A DNA stretch of 64,000 nt from a virus (taxonomy: Duplodnaviria > Heunggongvirae > Uroviricota > Caudoviricetes). Made by a program: the position numbers and the translations under genes. Below the pieces are notes generated by a model, which saw only the letters and a list, made by a program, of their open reading frames with translations, did no database searches and was not told where the DNA came from. The stretch lies in IMG/VR virus record IMGVR_UViG_3300034069_000533, positions 1,947-65,946 of that record. One strand, written 5' to 3'. This document shows positions 34,492 to 43,305 of this stretch, piece after piece. Each line of letters begins with the position of its first letter. The first letter of the stretch is position 1.

Positions 34492-34683
34492 ATGAATAGA
34501 ATGGAAAAAGCCGCTTTAAGCCATGCCGCTGAGTGGCTTCGCTATTCGCGTTCACCGCAAGCCAAGCTTGACTTTCAGGTTGACGTTCGGCGCCGCGAAG
34601 CGCTGACTCGTAAGCAGGGCCATATTCCGCAATGCGGGATATTGAAGTGCCATCCTGACTGCCCTTCACTCCGCTGCGATTAA
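34492..34683 (+). CDS. small hypothetical protein
   Basis: GAGAAGGAG RBS. Confidence 0.6.
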   Translation: MNRMEKAALSHAAEWLRYSRSPQAKLDFQVDVRRREALTRKQGHIPQCGILKCHPDCPSLRCD

Positions 34684-34694
34684 GGAAAAATAAA

Positions 34695-34853
34695 ATGACA
34701 TACGAAGCAGGCAAGACGGAACCGCAACAGCGCCTTGACGGGCGCTGGCTGGCTAAAGTCAGAGGCATTCCGTTAATGCATCATGATTATTCTAACGTAA
34801 TTTTTCCAACAAAAGACGCCGCTGAAAAAGCGATTAAGAAAGCAACAGAATGA
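34695..34853 (+). CDS. small hypothetical protein (52 aa)
   Basis: AAGGA RBS. Confidence 0.5.
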   Translation: MTYEAGKTEPQQRLDGRWLAKVRGIPLMHHDYSNVIFPTKDAAEKAIKKATE

Positions 34854-34999
34854 AGAAGCATAAAGGTATTTTTTATTTTGATACCCACAAATTAGCAGAG
34901 GATTATGCAATAAAAAACAATAAACCGACAGATAGAATTATATTATACGGGCTTGGATGGGCAATTCAGCTTTACATTTCTGGCCCGTATGTTGGATAA
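34850..34999 (+). CDS. small hypothetical protein (49 aa)
   Basis: ATGA overlap, ends at terminator. Confidence 0.5.
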   Translation: MKKHKGIFYFDTHKLAEDYAIKNNKPTDRIILYGLGWAIQLYISGPYVG

Positions 35000-35004
35000 A
35001 GATT

Positions 35005-35030
35005 AGGCCCCTTGCGGGGCCTTTTTTTTT
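35005..35030 (+). terminator. intrinsic terminator (inverted GCAA family, TTGC loop)
   Basis: AGGCCCC-TTGC-GGGGCCT plus T-run. Confidence 0.9.
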
Positions 35031-35057
35031 GCACATCAAAATTCACGTTTTTGTCAC

Positions 35058-35086
35058 TAGACGTACAGCGTGCTGCACGCTATGTT
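35058..35086 (+). promoter_or_regulatory. sigma70 promoter with spacer palindrome (copy 11)
   Basis: TAGACG-17 nt-TATGTT; AGCGTGC-T-GCACGCT perfect 7-bp arms; about 65-bp near-duplicate of copy 10. Confidence 0.8.
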
Positions 35087-35112
35087 GGCGACAGAAAGAA
35101 GGAGTTAATCGG

Positions 35113-35358
35113 GTGGCAAAAAAGAAGGTTAGGTTTGATTCGTGCCGTCAGATGCGGCGCTTTTTTGTAACGCATAGCCTAGTGTCCATGACTACGGGCG
35201 AGCGTGAGGAAACAGGAACCGAATGGATTACGGAGCCGTGCGGCGCTCCGCTTTTTAACGACAAGGAAAAGGAAACCGGCCTCTGCCGTAGCTGCGCTGA
35301 CGGCTGGCGGCATGAGCATAATTACCCGGTTGAGCCGCTACTTTGCGGCGCAGTTTAA
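35113..35358 (+). CDS. small Cys-containing protein
   Basis: GTG after GAAGGAG; C...CxxC. Confidence 0.55.
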   Translation: MAKKKVRFDSCRQMRRFFVTHSLVSMTTGEREETGTEWITEPCGAPLFNDKEKETGLCRSCADGWRHEHNYPVEPLLCGAV

Positions 35359-35359
35359 C

Positions 35360-35386
35360 AAAAAGGCCCCTTGCGGGGCCTTTTTT
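35360..35386. terminator. bidirectional terminator joining accessory and late units
   Basis: AAAAAGGCCCC-TTGC-GGGGCCTTTTTT. Confidence 0.9.
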
Positions 35387-36212
35387 ACGCCTTGACCTTA
35401 CCACCCTCAATTAGTCGGCCGGTCCACGCATCGCTAAAATATCGCTGCGCATAATTAAACGACATGCGGAAATTGGGCGTACCGTCATGCGGCGTGGCGC
35501 CCCACGAATTCCGGCAGAACAGCTTGCGGGTTGGCTTGTCATAGCCATACGCACACACCGCATGCCCGCCAATCATCATATCTTTGCTCTCATCCGGGTC
35601 CGGCGGGTCGGCGGTCAAATACTGCGGACCAAAAAAACTGTTAAACATGACAAAGCCAAACTGCACCGGCCAGCCATCGGCTAGGCACTTTAGAATGTCG
35701 GGAAACGTCGCCAGATTAAAGTAATTAATAGCTTGGCGGCGCTCAGCGTCGGCGTAGACCGATTTTGATGGCTCGCGGCGCCAAATAGAGCGCTCAGGAA
35801 AAATCCACGTCTTATTGTCGGCAAGGCTGGCCGGATCAAAGCGCGGCTTAAGGTCGGTAATGGATGGGAGGCCAAACTTGTTGGCGCCCTTCCACACGTT
35901 GCGGATTTCCGCGCCGCTGTCCTCTTGCACATACCCGCCAAGATCGCGCGCCTGCCGGTAGAGGAACACAGGCGACGGCACGAACGGGCGGGCGTGACCA
36001 TCCTTCTTCATCACGCCATAGAGCGCCACGGCACCGCTAAAGCCGGTGCATGCGGACGTGCTTTGCTGATCCATCGGCGGCGGCAGCGCCGCGCTCAGGT
36101 CTACATGATCGGGCAGAGCATCCACATTGGGCACGCTCTGATACAGCGCGCGGTCGCGCCGGTCGGGCGTGCGGTCGCGGAGTCCTAAGCCGTAATTGTT
36201 AAAAATTGGCAT
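35385..36212 (-). CDS. papain-like (C1A) cysteine peptidase
   Basis: DQ..TSAC(T)GF, GGHAV...GY, RNSWG catalytic motifs. Confidence 0.88.
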   Translation of the reverse strand: MPIFNNYGLGLRDRTPDRRDRALYQSVPNVDALPDHVDLSAALPPPMDQQSTSACTGFSGAVALYGVMKKDGHARPFVPSPVFLYRQARDLGGYVQEDSGAEIRNVWKGANKFGLPSITDLKPRFDPASLADNKTWIFPERSIWRREPSKSVYADAERRQAINYFNLATFPDILKCLADGWPVQFGFVMFNSFFGPQYLTADPPDPDESKDMMIGGHAVCAYGYDKPTRKLFCRNSWGATPHDGTPNFRMSFNYAQRYFSDAWTGRLIEGGKVKA

Positions 36213-36215
36213 AAT

Positions 36216-37562
36216 TTATTCCTTAAACCAGCCGTCTTGGTCGCGGACAAAACAAATATCACCATACCAGCGAATAGCCCGCTCTAGATGATCGCCCGTG
36301 GTACGCAGATTAAAACGATTCTTGTCCTGATCCCGTGGCGCGTACAACCCGCCAGCATTGTAAGCGGCTGCGGTCAAGATTGGATCAAACCAAGTCTTAT
36401 CTTTCTGCGATTTAATATATTTAATACCAGCCTCAATGCTAATTTCCGGCTTAAACAATTCTTCAAGCGTAATGCTGCGGCCCATAACTTGCGTTGCGGT
36501 TCCGGTCAGCACTTGCATGACACCGCCGGAAACGCGTCCGTCCTTTTCGTTAAACGCGCCATCAGCGGCCAACTTAGAGCCGGACTCGGTGCATAGCACC
36601 ATTAGCGCGATTTCCGCCGGAATGCCCTCGCGCGTGGCAATCTGGCGCACAAGATCGCCATACAGCTTCCATGCCCGCCGGACGGTCACTGGCTCGCCAA
36701 CCGTCCTGGCAATGCCCGCGTCACCCTCAACTTGTACGCCAGCATGGGTCAGGCGCCAGCGGGCGCCACCAAACGGACCCTGCTTCCAATCGCCCGCCAC
36801 GGGCGCGGGGACGGGTGCCACAGGGCTTGGAACGGGCGACGGCAGCACCACAACCGGGGGCGCGGTTGGCGTCTTGTCGGCGGCTGCCTGCGCAACCTTG
36901 GCGGCAGTCTCGGCAGCCTGTCCAAGCTGTTCGCCGGACTGCTGCAAGGCATCCTGAAGCGCGTTGTTTTCGTCGGCCCGGCCCTTGCTGCCACCCCAAT
37001 AGAAGCCAATAATTTGCGTGGCGTATCCGGCAATATAACCAACAATCGTGCCGATCAAACCGAACACGCCAGCGGCCATGCTGGCAGTCTCGTATGGGAT
37101 TTTAAATATGCCAGCAATTAACAGAATTGAGCCAGCAATGGCAAAAAACTGCACAAGCATGGACAGCACAACGATGCCCATACCCCACTTGACTAGAGCG
37201 TGCGCCGTCCCGGTATCGGCCTGAAATTTGCGAATATTCTCTTTATCTTTGTATTCTAGCTCAGCAAATTTAATCTTTTGATCTTCTTCGTAATTCTGAA
37301 GCGCTTTTTCAACTTTCTTTAGGCGCTCCAATAATTCAGGGTCGCCCAAATTGGCCTCAATCGTCGCCATGACGGTTGAGGGATTATTGGGCAATGCTGG
37401 CAGCGAGTTTGGCTCATCCGGTTTGGTGACTTGACCTAGCCAGCGGTCCAGCAGCGGCGCGGCAATACTGGCCGCAACACCGCCAAGCGGGCCGAGAAAA
37501 GCGCTTAACAGTGTCGGCGCGGCAATCCTTAAAAGATCGGTTACAGACTTCGGGATTTGCAT
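36216..37562 (-). CDS. holin-like membrane domain fused to SLT lytic transglycosylase (endolysin)
   Basis: APTL..A.LGPLGG.A N-terminus and 2-3 TMs; C-terminal TESG, GGVMQV, I.AGI.YI, AAYNAG. Confidence 0.75.
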   Translation of the reverse strand: MQIPKSVTDLLRIAAPTLLSAFLGPLGGVAASIAAPLLDRWLGQVTKPDEPNSLPALPNNPSTVMATIEANLGDPELLERLKKVEKALQNYEEDQKIKFAELEYKDKENIRKFQADTGTAHALVKWGMGIVVLSMLVQFFAIAGSILLIAGIFKIPYETASMAAGVFGLIGTIVGYIAGYATQIIGFYWGGSKGRADENNALQDALQQSGEQLGQAAETAAKVAQAAADKTPTAPPVVVLPSPVPSPVAPVPAPVAGDWKQGPFGGARWRLTHAGVQVEGDAGIARTVGEPVTVRRAWKLYGDLVRQIATREGIPAEIALMVLCTESGSKLAADGAFNEKDGRVSGGVMQVLTGTATQVMGRSITLEELFKPEISIEAGIKYIKSQKDKTWFDPILTAAAYNAGGLYAPRDQDKNRFNLRTTGDHLERAIRWYGDICFVRDQDGWFKE

Positions 37563-37574
37563 TTTGGTTCCTAA

Positions 37575-38795
37575 TTAACTCGCGGCATAGTTTGATATAG
37601 TGCCAGTTAATCCGGGCATTAGCTCAACCTGACTCCAAGGCACGTTAGAGCCGCCAGCCGTTTTAATAACCATGGGAGTTGTTCCGCCGGTTGGCGCGGA
37701 GCCATCAACCCAAAGCCGTTCTAGCCTGTTTTGCGCATTTGTATAATTTGAAAATATAGAGTTGAATTTGGAAGATTGATCGGATGCTAAATAAATTGTT
37801 CCGCCAGAAAACATGCATCCAGAATTAGGAATAAACTCGACAAATTTAGCCGTTCCAGCCGTTGCGGCTGAGCCGCTGGCGGAAATTACAGCCAAATAAA
37901 TATCTCTAAATAAAACGTTGCGAGTATCGGCGGAAAAGCTAATCATGCAATCGGAAGCGAAGGTTGATCCACTTTCAATTTTGCATCCGTTAAAACGTAT
38001 TTGATGCACACCAACGCCCGCCCCGCTCGCGCCTTTGCGCAAAGATAATGCTGGAGCCTTGAAAGTCTCAACTCTTAAATTGTTAAAATTAACATTGTTG
38101 CAGCTATCATACGATGATCCAGAGCCGGTAGACGTGATTCCGGCCCAAAGCTGGATAGGTTCGTCACCAATGGTGCTTGCGTTATCGGTTGATTTGGTTC
38201 CACCTTGGCCGCACCATTCAGAGAAAACAAAATCGTAATTGCTATCCCAATTCTCGACAAGCTGCATGGCAGGCCCGGTGTTGCCAAAAAACTTGACGTT
38301 TCTAAATTCATGCTCACTGGCATAAATACTGCGAAACATCGGGCCGGTTGCGTCGCTGCCTTGGATGGTAAGATTTTCCATACCAAAGGCGAAATGCCGG
38401 GTCGGGCTATCCACGCCAACCGCTGCCAGCAATACGCCATTGCTGCCAGGGACGCGCTTGATAATGGAGCCATCACGCGAGACGCCGCGAATGGTGCAGC
38501 GCTGCGGCACAGTCAGGGTATTGGCCGCTATTCGTGTCACGCCGTAGGGGAGCCGAATCTCGCCGCCGCCAGCCGAGACAATGGCGGCAAACATCGCGCT
38601 CCATGCGGCCGTGTCGTTGGTCGCGTTATCAAACTTAGCGCCGTAGCTTTCCGGCCGGTATGCTGGCCGGATAATGGCGGGCGTCGGGCCGGGGCCAAAT
38701 AATTCGGTAATGTTAGCAATATGTTTGGTATGCATGACGAATTGGTTGTCATGCCCGGCTTCATTTAATGGCCCAAGGTCATATGAAGTTAACAT
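37575..38795 (-). CDS. pectate-lyase-like beta-helix depolymerase (tailspike-like)
   Basis: YGAKFD...NDTAA...GGGEIRLP.G start followed by parallel beta-helix repeats. Confidence 0.75.
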   Translation of the reverse strand: MLTSYDLGPLNEAGHDNQFVMHTKHIANITELFGPGPTPAIIRPAYRPESYGAKFDNATNDTAAWSAMFAAIVSAGGGEIRLPYGVTRIAANTLTVPQRCTIRGVSRDGSIIKRVPGSNGVLLAAVGVDSPTRHFAFGMENLTIQGSDATGPMFRSIYASEHEFRNVKFFGNTGPAMQLVENWDSNYDFVFSEWCGQGGTKSTDNASTIGDEPIQLWAGITSTGSGSSYDSCNNVNFNNLRVETFKAPALSLRKGASGAGVGVHQIRFNGCKIESGSTFASDCMISFSADTRNVLFRDIYLAVISASGSAATAGTAKFVEFIPNSGCMFSGGTIYLASDQSSKFNSIFSNYTNAQNRLERLWVDGSAPTGGTTPMVIKTAGGSNVPWSQVELMPGLTGTISNYAAS

Positions 38796-38806
38796 TTAAA
38801 TACCTC

Positions 38807-41293
38807 TTAGTTTTCGGTCTGGCCGGATGGTGGCGCGGGGAAACCGTTGGCAATAATGCTAGCTTCAGGAGTCCAGCGAACCCAATTAACCCGGTAGCTA
38901 GTATTGCTGCTGTTATTCAAGAAACCAATGCTATGGTTAGTGCCGCCATGCGCGTAATCCGGCGCCGGATGCGCGGTGTCCACATATTGCAGCGTGTCGT
39001 TAATGTAATAGGTGATTTTATCAGTCTGCAAATATGCCTTAACGGTAAACCATTGCGTCGCATCAAATGGCGCTTTAGCCGGATAAGTCGTGGACTGATT
39101 AGCGCCGTTGGCATCCTTCCAATGGGTCGCCATGTAATAAATATGGACAGCGGTTCCATTCGGCTGGAATTCGCCTAGATCAATTTCGCTGCCCGGCCAC
39201 ACGTCATCGGCTGGCCAGAGAATCAGCGCCGGGCCGCTGCCATCGCCAATAATCGTGGTGTTAAATTTAACCCGCATTTCAAACAAGCCGTTGCCAAATC
39301 CATATTTACCATCGTTGGTTTTGGTTGGTGATACCAGCGTCATCGCGCTAACGTTGCCGACAACATCAACAATGCCGTCAGCCGATGTAGTGAGGCTGTT
39401 GCCGGTGCCAGCCGCGATGAAGCGGGTTTGCAGCGCGCCCGTGCCGCGACCGGCCGGGAAGCCCTCAAAGAACGTGACGGTTTGCGGATCGGGTGGCGCC
39501 ACCGGAGCCGGGGCAACGCCCGTCGCATCAGGCGAAACCGTCAGCTTAATTGCAAGCTGAATAGTGCTGCCATCACTCAAATTCTGAAAAATAGCGGTAT
39601 TATAATCGGCGTTATCTGACGTGGTAAGAGTTCTGTTGACGGCAAAATTGCCGTTCTGCACGGCAAGGTAATTGCCGGGGTTATTGCCCCAATAGGTATT
39701 AGTCACGGTCGCGGTAGCTGGCGCGTTGACGCGCTCAACCTTAAACATTTCCGTAAACGAATACACCGGCAAGATAAAGCGAACGGTCGCGTTAACGCCA
39801 TCCTGGCTTTCAATGACGCAGGAGCCGTGTAGCGAGGTAATTTTAAAGTTTGGCTTAATAGTGATGGCCGTTGTGTTTTTAACAAGCGTAGTATCGTTGG
39901 TTGCAAATACCTTGAGGTATTGTCCGGTTTTGGTAAAATTGGGATAAATAATAATTGAGCCTGTAGTCGTTTTAGCCTCGCCCGGACCAACCCAACTGTT
40001 GTCAGAGTTAACCACCACAAAGGTTATGCTTGATACGCCCGTTGTCGTCACGGTTACGGGCACGGTGCCAGCAACGCGCGAACCTAACGTATTAGGGCTG
40101 AGCGACAACGAACGGCTTTGCGTTGGCTCGGTAATTGTGACCGCTTGGCTTTTAACAAAAACATTATTACCGTTACCGTTTTCCCAAGCCTGAAAGTATT
40201 GGCCGGTCGTGGTAAAGGTGACGTTAATTGCCAACGTCGCATTAGGCATAGACACGGTTGTTGGCGTGCCAACCGTGGTATTGTCGGCATTAAATACGGC
40301 ATACGACAGGGTAGTAATTGCGCCCGTTTTGGCGACGGTAGTAGACCAAGACACCGATGCGCCAGCCGATGCGCGTACCAGCGTGCCGGGAGCGGACGGG
40401 CTGAGCGTCAGCGCCTTTGGCGTAGCAGCCTCAGCAGGCGCCCAAACTTGGATGCGGTCAACCTCAAGATAATTGTCTAATGGCGTCTCGCTGCTTGGCT
40501 GCGTATATTGTGCCCAACTAGGATCAGCAATATAGCTAGCCAGCCCTGGCACCATGCGATAGCAGAGATATTTGTTATTGGTCCAATTCGCGTCGCCAAG
40601 CAATTCAACCCCATCCAGCCAAATGCGGATGGTAGCCATGGGCACGCCAGCGGAATCATAGCTAATCGTTCGGCGGCAATCCCAAGTGTGGTAAGAGGAT
40701 AAATCAGCCGTCTTGGTAATATAAGACTGTTGATTATTGCCGCCTAAATTGCCAGCCGTGGCGCTGCGGCTATCCCAATGAATAACAGATAGCGAAGAAT
40801 TCTTGTTGCGGCCGGGCGTCTCAAAAATATCAATTTCCGAAGACCATACGTTATTGAGGCCGTTAACCGGCCACATAAGCGCGTAGCCGCCAGCGCCCGG
40901 CATAAGCAGGCTGGAAAACCGCGCCCGCACGCGCGTATGAAATTCTAAATAGCCGGGATGATAGCCGTATGCGGTCGGGTCAACGTTTTGCGCGCCCTGC
41001 TGAAATCCAGCAACGTGCCATTCCGTGCCAACCTTTTTGGCGTGCAGCCGTAGCGTGGTGCCGGTAGATTCCAAGCAGGCGGCATTATCCCACCGCGCCG
41101 CGCCGCCGCTGGTCGTGCCGGTGCCATAGCCGGTATGCTTCCAAATGGTTGAGCTAATGGCGCTCTGGCCGGTGGTAGCAGCCTGCGAAAACGGATCATC
41201 CAGCATCATCGTCCAAGCGGCTGGCGGGTCGCTTTGAACCGTGCTGGCAGTCCGGCCAGCACCGGGAAATCCCCGGCTAAGAGAAGTAAGCAT
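38807..41293 (-). CDS. virion-appendage protein with two GH16 domains and Ig-like repeats
   Basis: EIDIFE and EIDLGE catalytic motifs; LSP...G.. repeat modules; start at 41293 overlaps upstream TAA. Confidence 0.75.
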   Translation of the reverse strand: MLTSLSRGFPGAGRTASTVQSDPPAAWTMMLDDPFSQAATTGQSAISSTIWKHTGYGTGTTSGGAARWDNAACLESTGTTLRLHAKKVGTEWHVAGFQQGAQNVDPTAYGYHPGYLEFHTRVRARFSSLLMPGAGGYALMWPVNGLNNVWSSEIDIFETPGRNKNSSLSVIHWDSRSATAGNLGGNNQQSYITKTADLSSYHTWDCRRTISYDSAGVPMATIRIWLDGVELLGDANWTNNKYLCYRMVPGLASYIADPSWAQYTQPSSETPLDNYLEVDRIQVWAPAEAATPKALTLSPSAPGTLVRASAGASVSWSTTVAKTGAITTLSYAVFNADNTTVGTPTTVSMPNATLAINVTFTTTGQYFQAWENGNGNNVFVKSQAVTITEPTQSRSLSLSPNTLGSRVAGTVPVTVTTTGVSSITFVVVNSDNSWVGPGEAKTTTGSIIIYPNFTKTGQYLKVFATNDTTLVKNTTAITIKPNFKITSLHGSCVIESQDGVNATVRFILPVYSFTEMFKVERVNAPATATVTNTYWGNNPGNYLAVQNGNFAVNRTLTTSDNADYNTAIFQNLSDGSTIQLAIKLTVSPDATGVAPAPVAPPDPQTVTFFEGFPAGRGTGALQTRFIAAGTGNSLTTSADGIVDVVGNVSAMTLVSPTKTNDGKYGFGNGLFEMRVKFNTTIIGDGSGPALILWPADDVWPGSEIDLGEFQPNGTAVHIYYMATHWKDANGANQSTTYPAKAPFDATQWFTVKAYLQTDKITYYINDTLQYVDTAHPAPDYAHGGTNHSIGFLNNSSNTSYRVNWVRWTPEASIIANGFPAPPSGQTEN

Positions 41294-42324
41294 TACGCCA
41301 AATCCCCGGCTAGGCTCCACACGTTAGCCGCAATAACCTCAGCCACCACAACGGCGCCCGGTCCAATTGTGGTAACAAGGTTGCTGACGCTTTCGATAGA
41401 AACGCCAGTGTCGGCAACAAAGGTTAAATTGCCCGCGTTTTTACGCACCACAAACTTAACAACCGTGCCAATACCACGCGCCGTCAAAGTGACATTAGCG
41501 GCAGTCGTGCCAGTGTATGATTTGGTTTTATTACGGTCGCCCGGATCGGTAGAATTGGCTGGCTGCGCAATAGAATAATTGCCGGAAAATTCCTCAACCT
41601 TGGCTAAATTGTTTGGCTGAATGGCCGACAAATATAGCGGGTCTGTGGTCGGCACATATCCGGCCAGAGCGGGAGCCAGCGCCGTGGTATCCAGCTTTGT
41701 GGCAAGCCGGGTCTGGACGGATGACTCGCTTGCCTTGGCGTCTAGATCGCTCGCGGAAATGCCCTGCGGCAGATTGGCAGGCGGGACGATGCCGTTGCTG
41801 TCCAGCGGCGCATAACCGTTGGGAGCGCCACGACCGCTGGCATTCTGCTTGGCACCTAGCGCCTCGCTCAGTCCGGTAATGGCCGACATGCCGTGAGTAT
41901 GCGCGACAGGCGCGGCGCCTAGCTGTTCCAGGGTCGGCAGCGGGTGCCTGTGGTCGGCCCTGCTTGCGCCGTCAGCCGTGCCAGGGGCGCCGGGCGTTGC
42001 TGGCCCTAGTGGGGTGGCGTCCGACAGCCCAACCCCGCCAGAGCTAGCCGCAGGGAGGTTTATGGCAGGCACCTTGCCATCAGAGCCTAGCGGTGCATAG
42101 CCGTTGGCCAAGCCCCTATCCGCCTTCCTCTGCAATCCGGCAACGGCGTCGGCAATGTCCTGCGGCGAGGCGGCGCCAAGCTGGCTGAGCGTTGGAACCA
42201 GCAAGGCAGGCGACACGCCAACCAACTCGCCAAGAATGTGCGCTAAAATAGTTACATTATCAAGCGACGCGATTTGGCGTGCCGTATTAATGCGGATTTC
42301 TTCTGGCGCCTGCGTACCGGACAT
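41293..42324 (-). CDS. tail fibre-like protein
   Basis: GYAPL.S.G.VP..NLP twice, ASRADHRHP, HTH..S.I.GL repeat. Confidence 0.65.
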   Translation of the reverse strand: MSGTQAPEEIRINTARQIASLDNVTILAHILGELVGVSPALLVPTLSQLGAASPQDIADAVAGLQRKADRGLANGYAPLGSDGKVPAINLPAASSGGVGLSDATPLGPATPGAPGTADGASRADHRHPLPTLEQLGAAPVAHTHGMSAITGLSEALGAKQNASGRGAPNGYAPLDSNGIVPPANLPQGISASDLDAKASESSVQTRLATKLDTTALAPALAGYVPTTDPLYLSAIQPNNLAKVEEFSGNYSIAQPANSTDPGDRNKTKSYTGTTAANVTLTARGIGTVVKFVVRKNAGNLTFVADTGVSIESVSNLVTTIGPGAVVVAEVIAANVWSLAGDLA

Positions 42325-42339
42325 AATTTAACCTTTCAA

Positions 42340-42816
42340 TTAATCAGAATGCCCGCCGTCACTTTGCCTGCGGTTAGGATCATCAAACGGAGGAAGCTCT
42401 AATGATCCGTACCAAACTGGCATTGTGCCGCCAGAAATACGCGCTGCACTTTCTACAATCTGCCGGGCGTAGGCTGCTTCACTTCGCATATCCCAAGATT
42501 TAGAATGCCAGAAGCGAGCCAAATTAGAAAACTTAGTAATCTCTTGGTCTTTGTCCCTCAACCGCTTATCTCTTTCGTCTAACTCGGCCCGGCACGCTAT
42601 AATATCAGCGTTTTTGTTTTGGATGCTTTGGAAAACCTCTTGAGCAAGCTGCTTGCGTAAATCAATAATTTCTTTTTCGCGGGCTTGGTCAAAGGTTAAT
42701 TCTTTTTCTTCTTTATTATCTTTCCTCTTTTGAAAATGCTGCACAGCCGCCCAAATGCCACCTATTGACGTTAGAACGGTCGGAATAATGACCGTGGCCA
42801 GCAAGGATGTATCCAT
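42340..42816 (-). CDS. single-TM coiled-coil protein (holin/antiholin-like)
   Basis: N-terminal TM then charged coiled coil. Confidence 0.5.
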   Translation of the reverse strand: MDTSLLATVIIPTVLTSIGGIWAAVQHFQKRKDNKEEKELTFDQAREKEIIDLRKQLAQEVFQSIQNKNADIIACRAELDERDKRLRDKDQEITKFSNLARFWHSKSWDMRSEAAYARQIVESAARISGGTMPVWYGSLELPPFDDPNRRQSDGGHSD

Positions 42817-43217
42817 TACGCATACCGCCTCGCAAGTCTAAACAGAATGAACAAATTAAATAGACCAAAGCAGTAATAGAAAACAAGCGACGGTGCGCCA
42901 TGGTCATTCAATGTTATTCCAATGCCAAGAAATAACCACCACCATGAGGTTACACCTAGCATGATCTTTCTGTATTTAAGACTGTTTGATAAAACCGAAG
43001 CTATTTGAATAGCTCCGCACGTTATCCCCATAATCTCCCAAACAACTGAATAGCGCGCTATTTCTGCAAGCTGCCAATAAGCCTCCCGATCAACCAGCGG
43101 TTCGGAAGAAAACATTGATATAACTGACCAGCCAATGCAGCAAATTCCGCTTAAGAAATCCGCCCAAAACGGCTCTCTAACTAGAAGATATTGCATATTC
43201 AATGGAAGATTCTTCAT
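42816..43217 (-). CDS. multi-TM membrane protein (holin-like)
   Basis: 4 hydrophobic segments; AYW.LA.I..W.. pattern like 24749-25144. Confidence 0.55.
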   Translation of the reverse strand: MKNLPLNMQYLLVREPFWADFLSGICCIGWSVISMFSSEPLVDREAYWQLAEIARYSVVWEIMGITCGAIQIASVLSNSLKYRKIMLGVTSWWWLFLGIGITLNDHGAPSLVFYYCFGLFNLFILFRLARRYA

Positions 43218-43305
43218 GGCTAGAGTCCAGCGGCTAAAACCGCCTGCAAGATGAACCTACAGGCGGTTTCGCTCAAGCCAATATGTCGGTAGCCTTCCGC
43301 TACCG

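Noticed and set aside
16133-35386. Repeated hairpin/promoter units as a CRISPR array or integron attC sites
   Set aside because: The units are separated by whole genes of variable length and fit terminators and sigma70 promoters. No cas or integrase gene is present and no attC core (GTTRRRY) pairing was evident.
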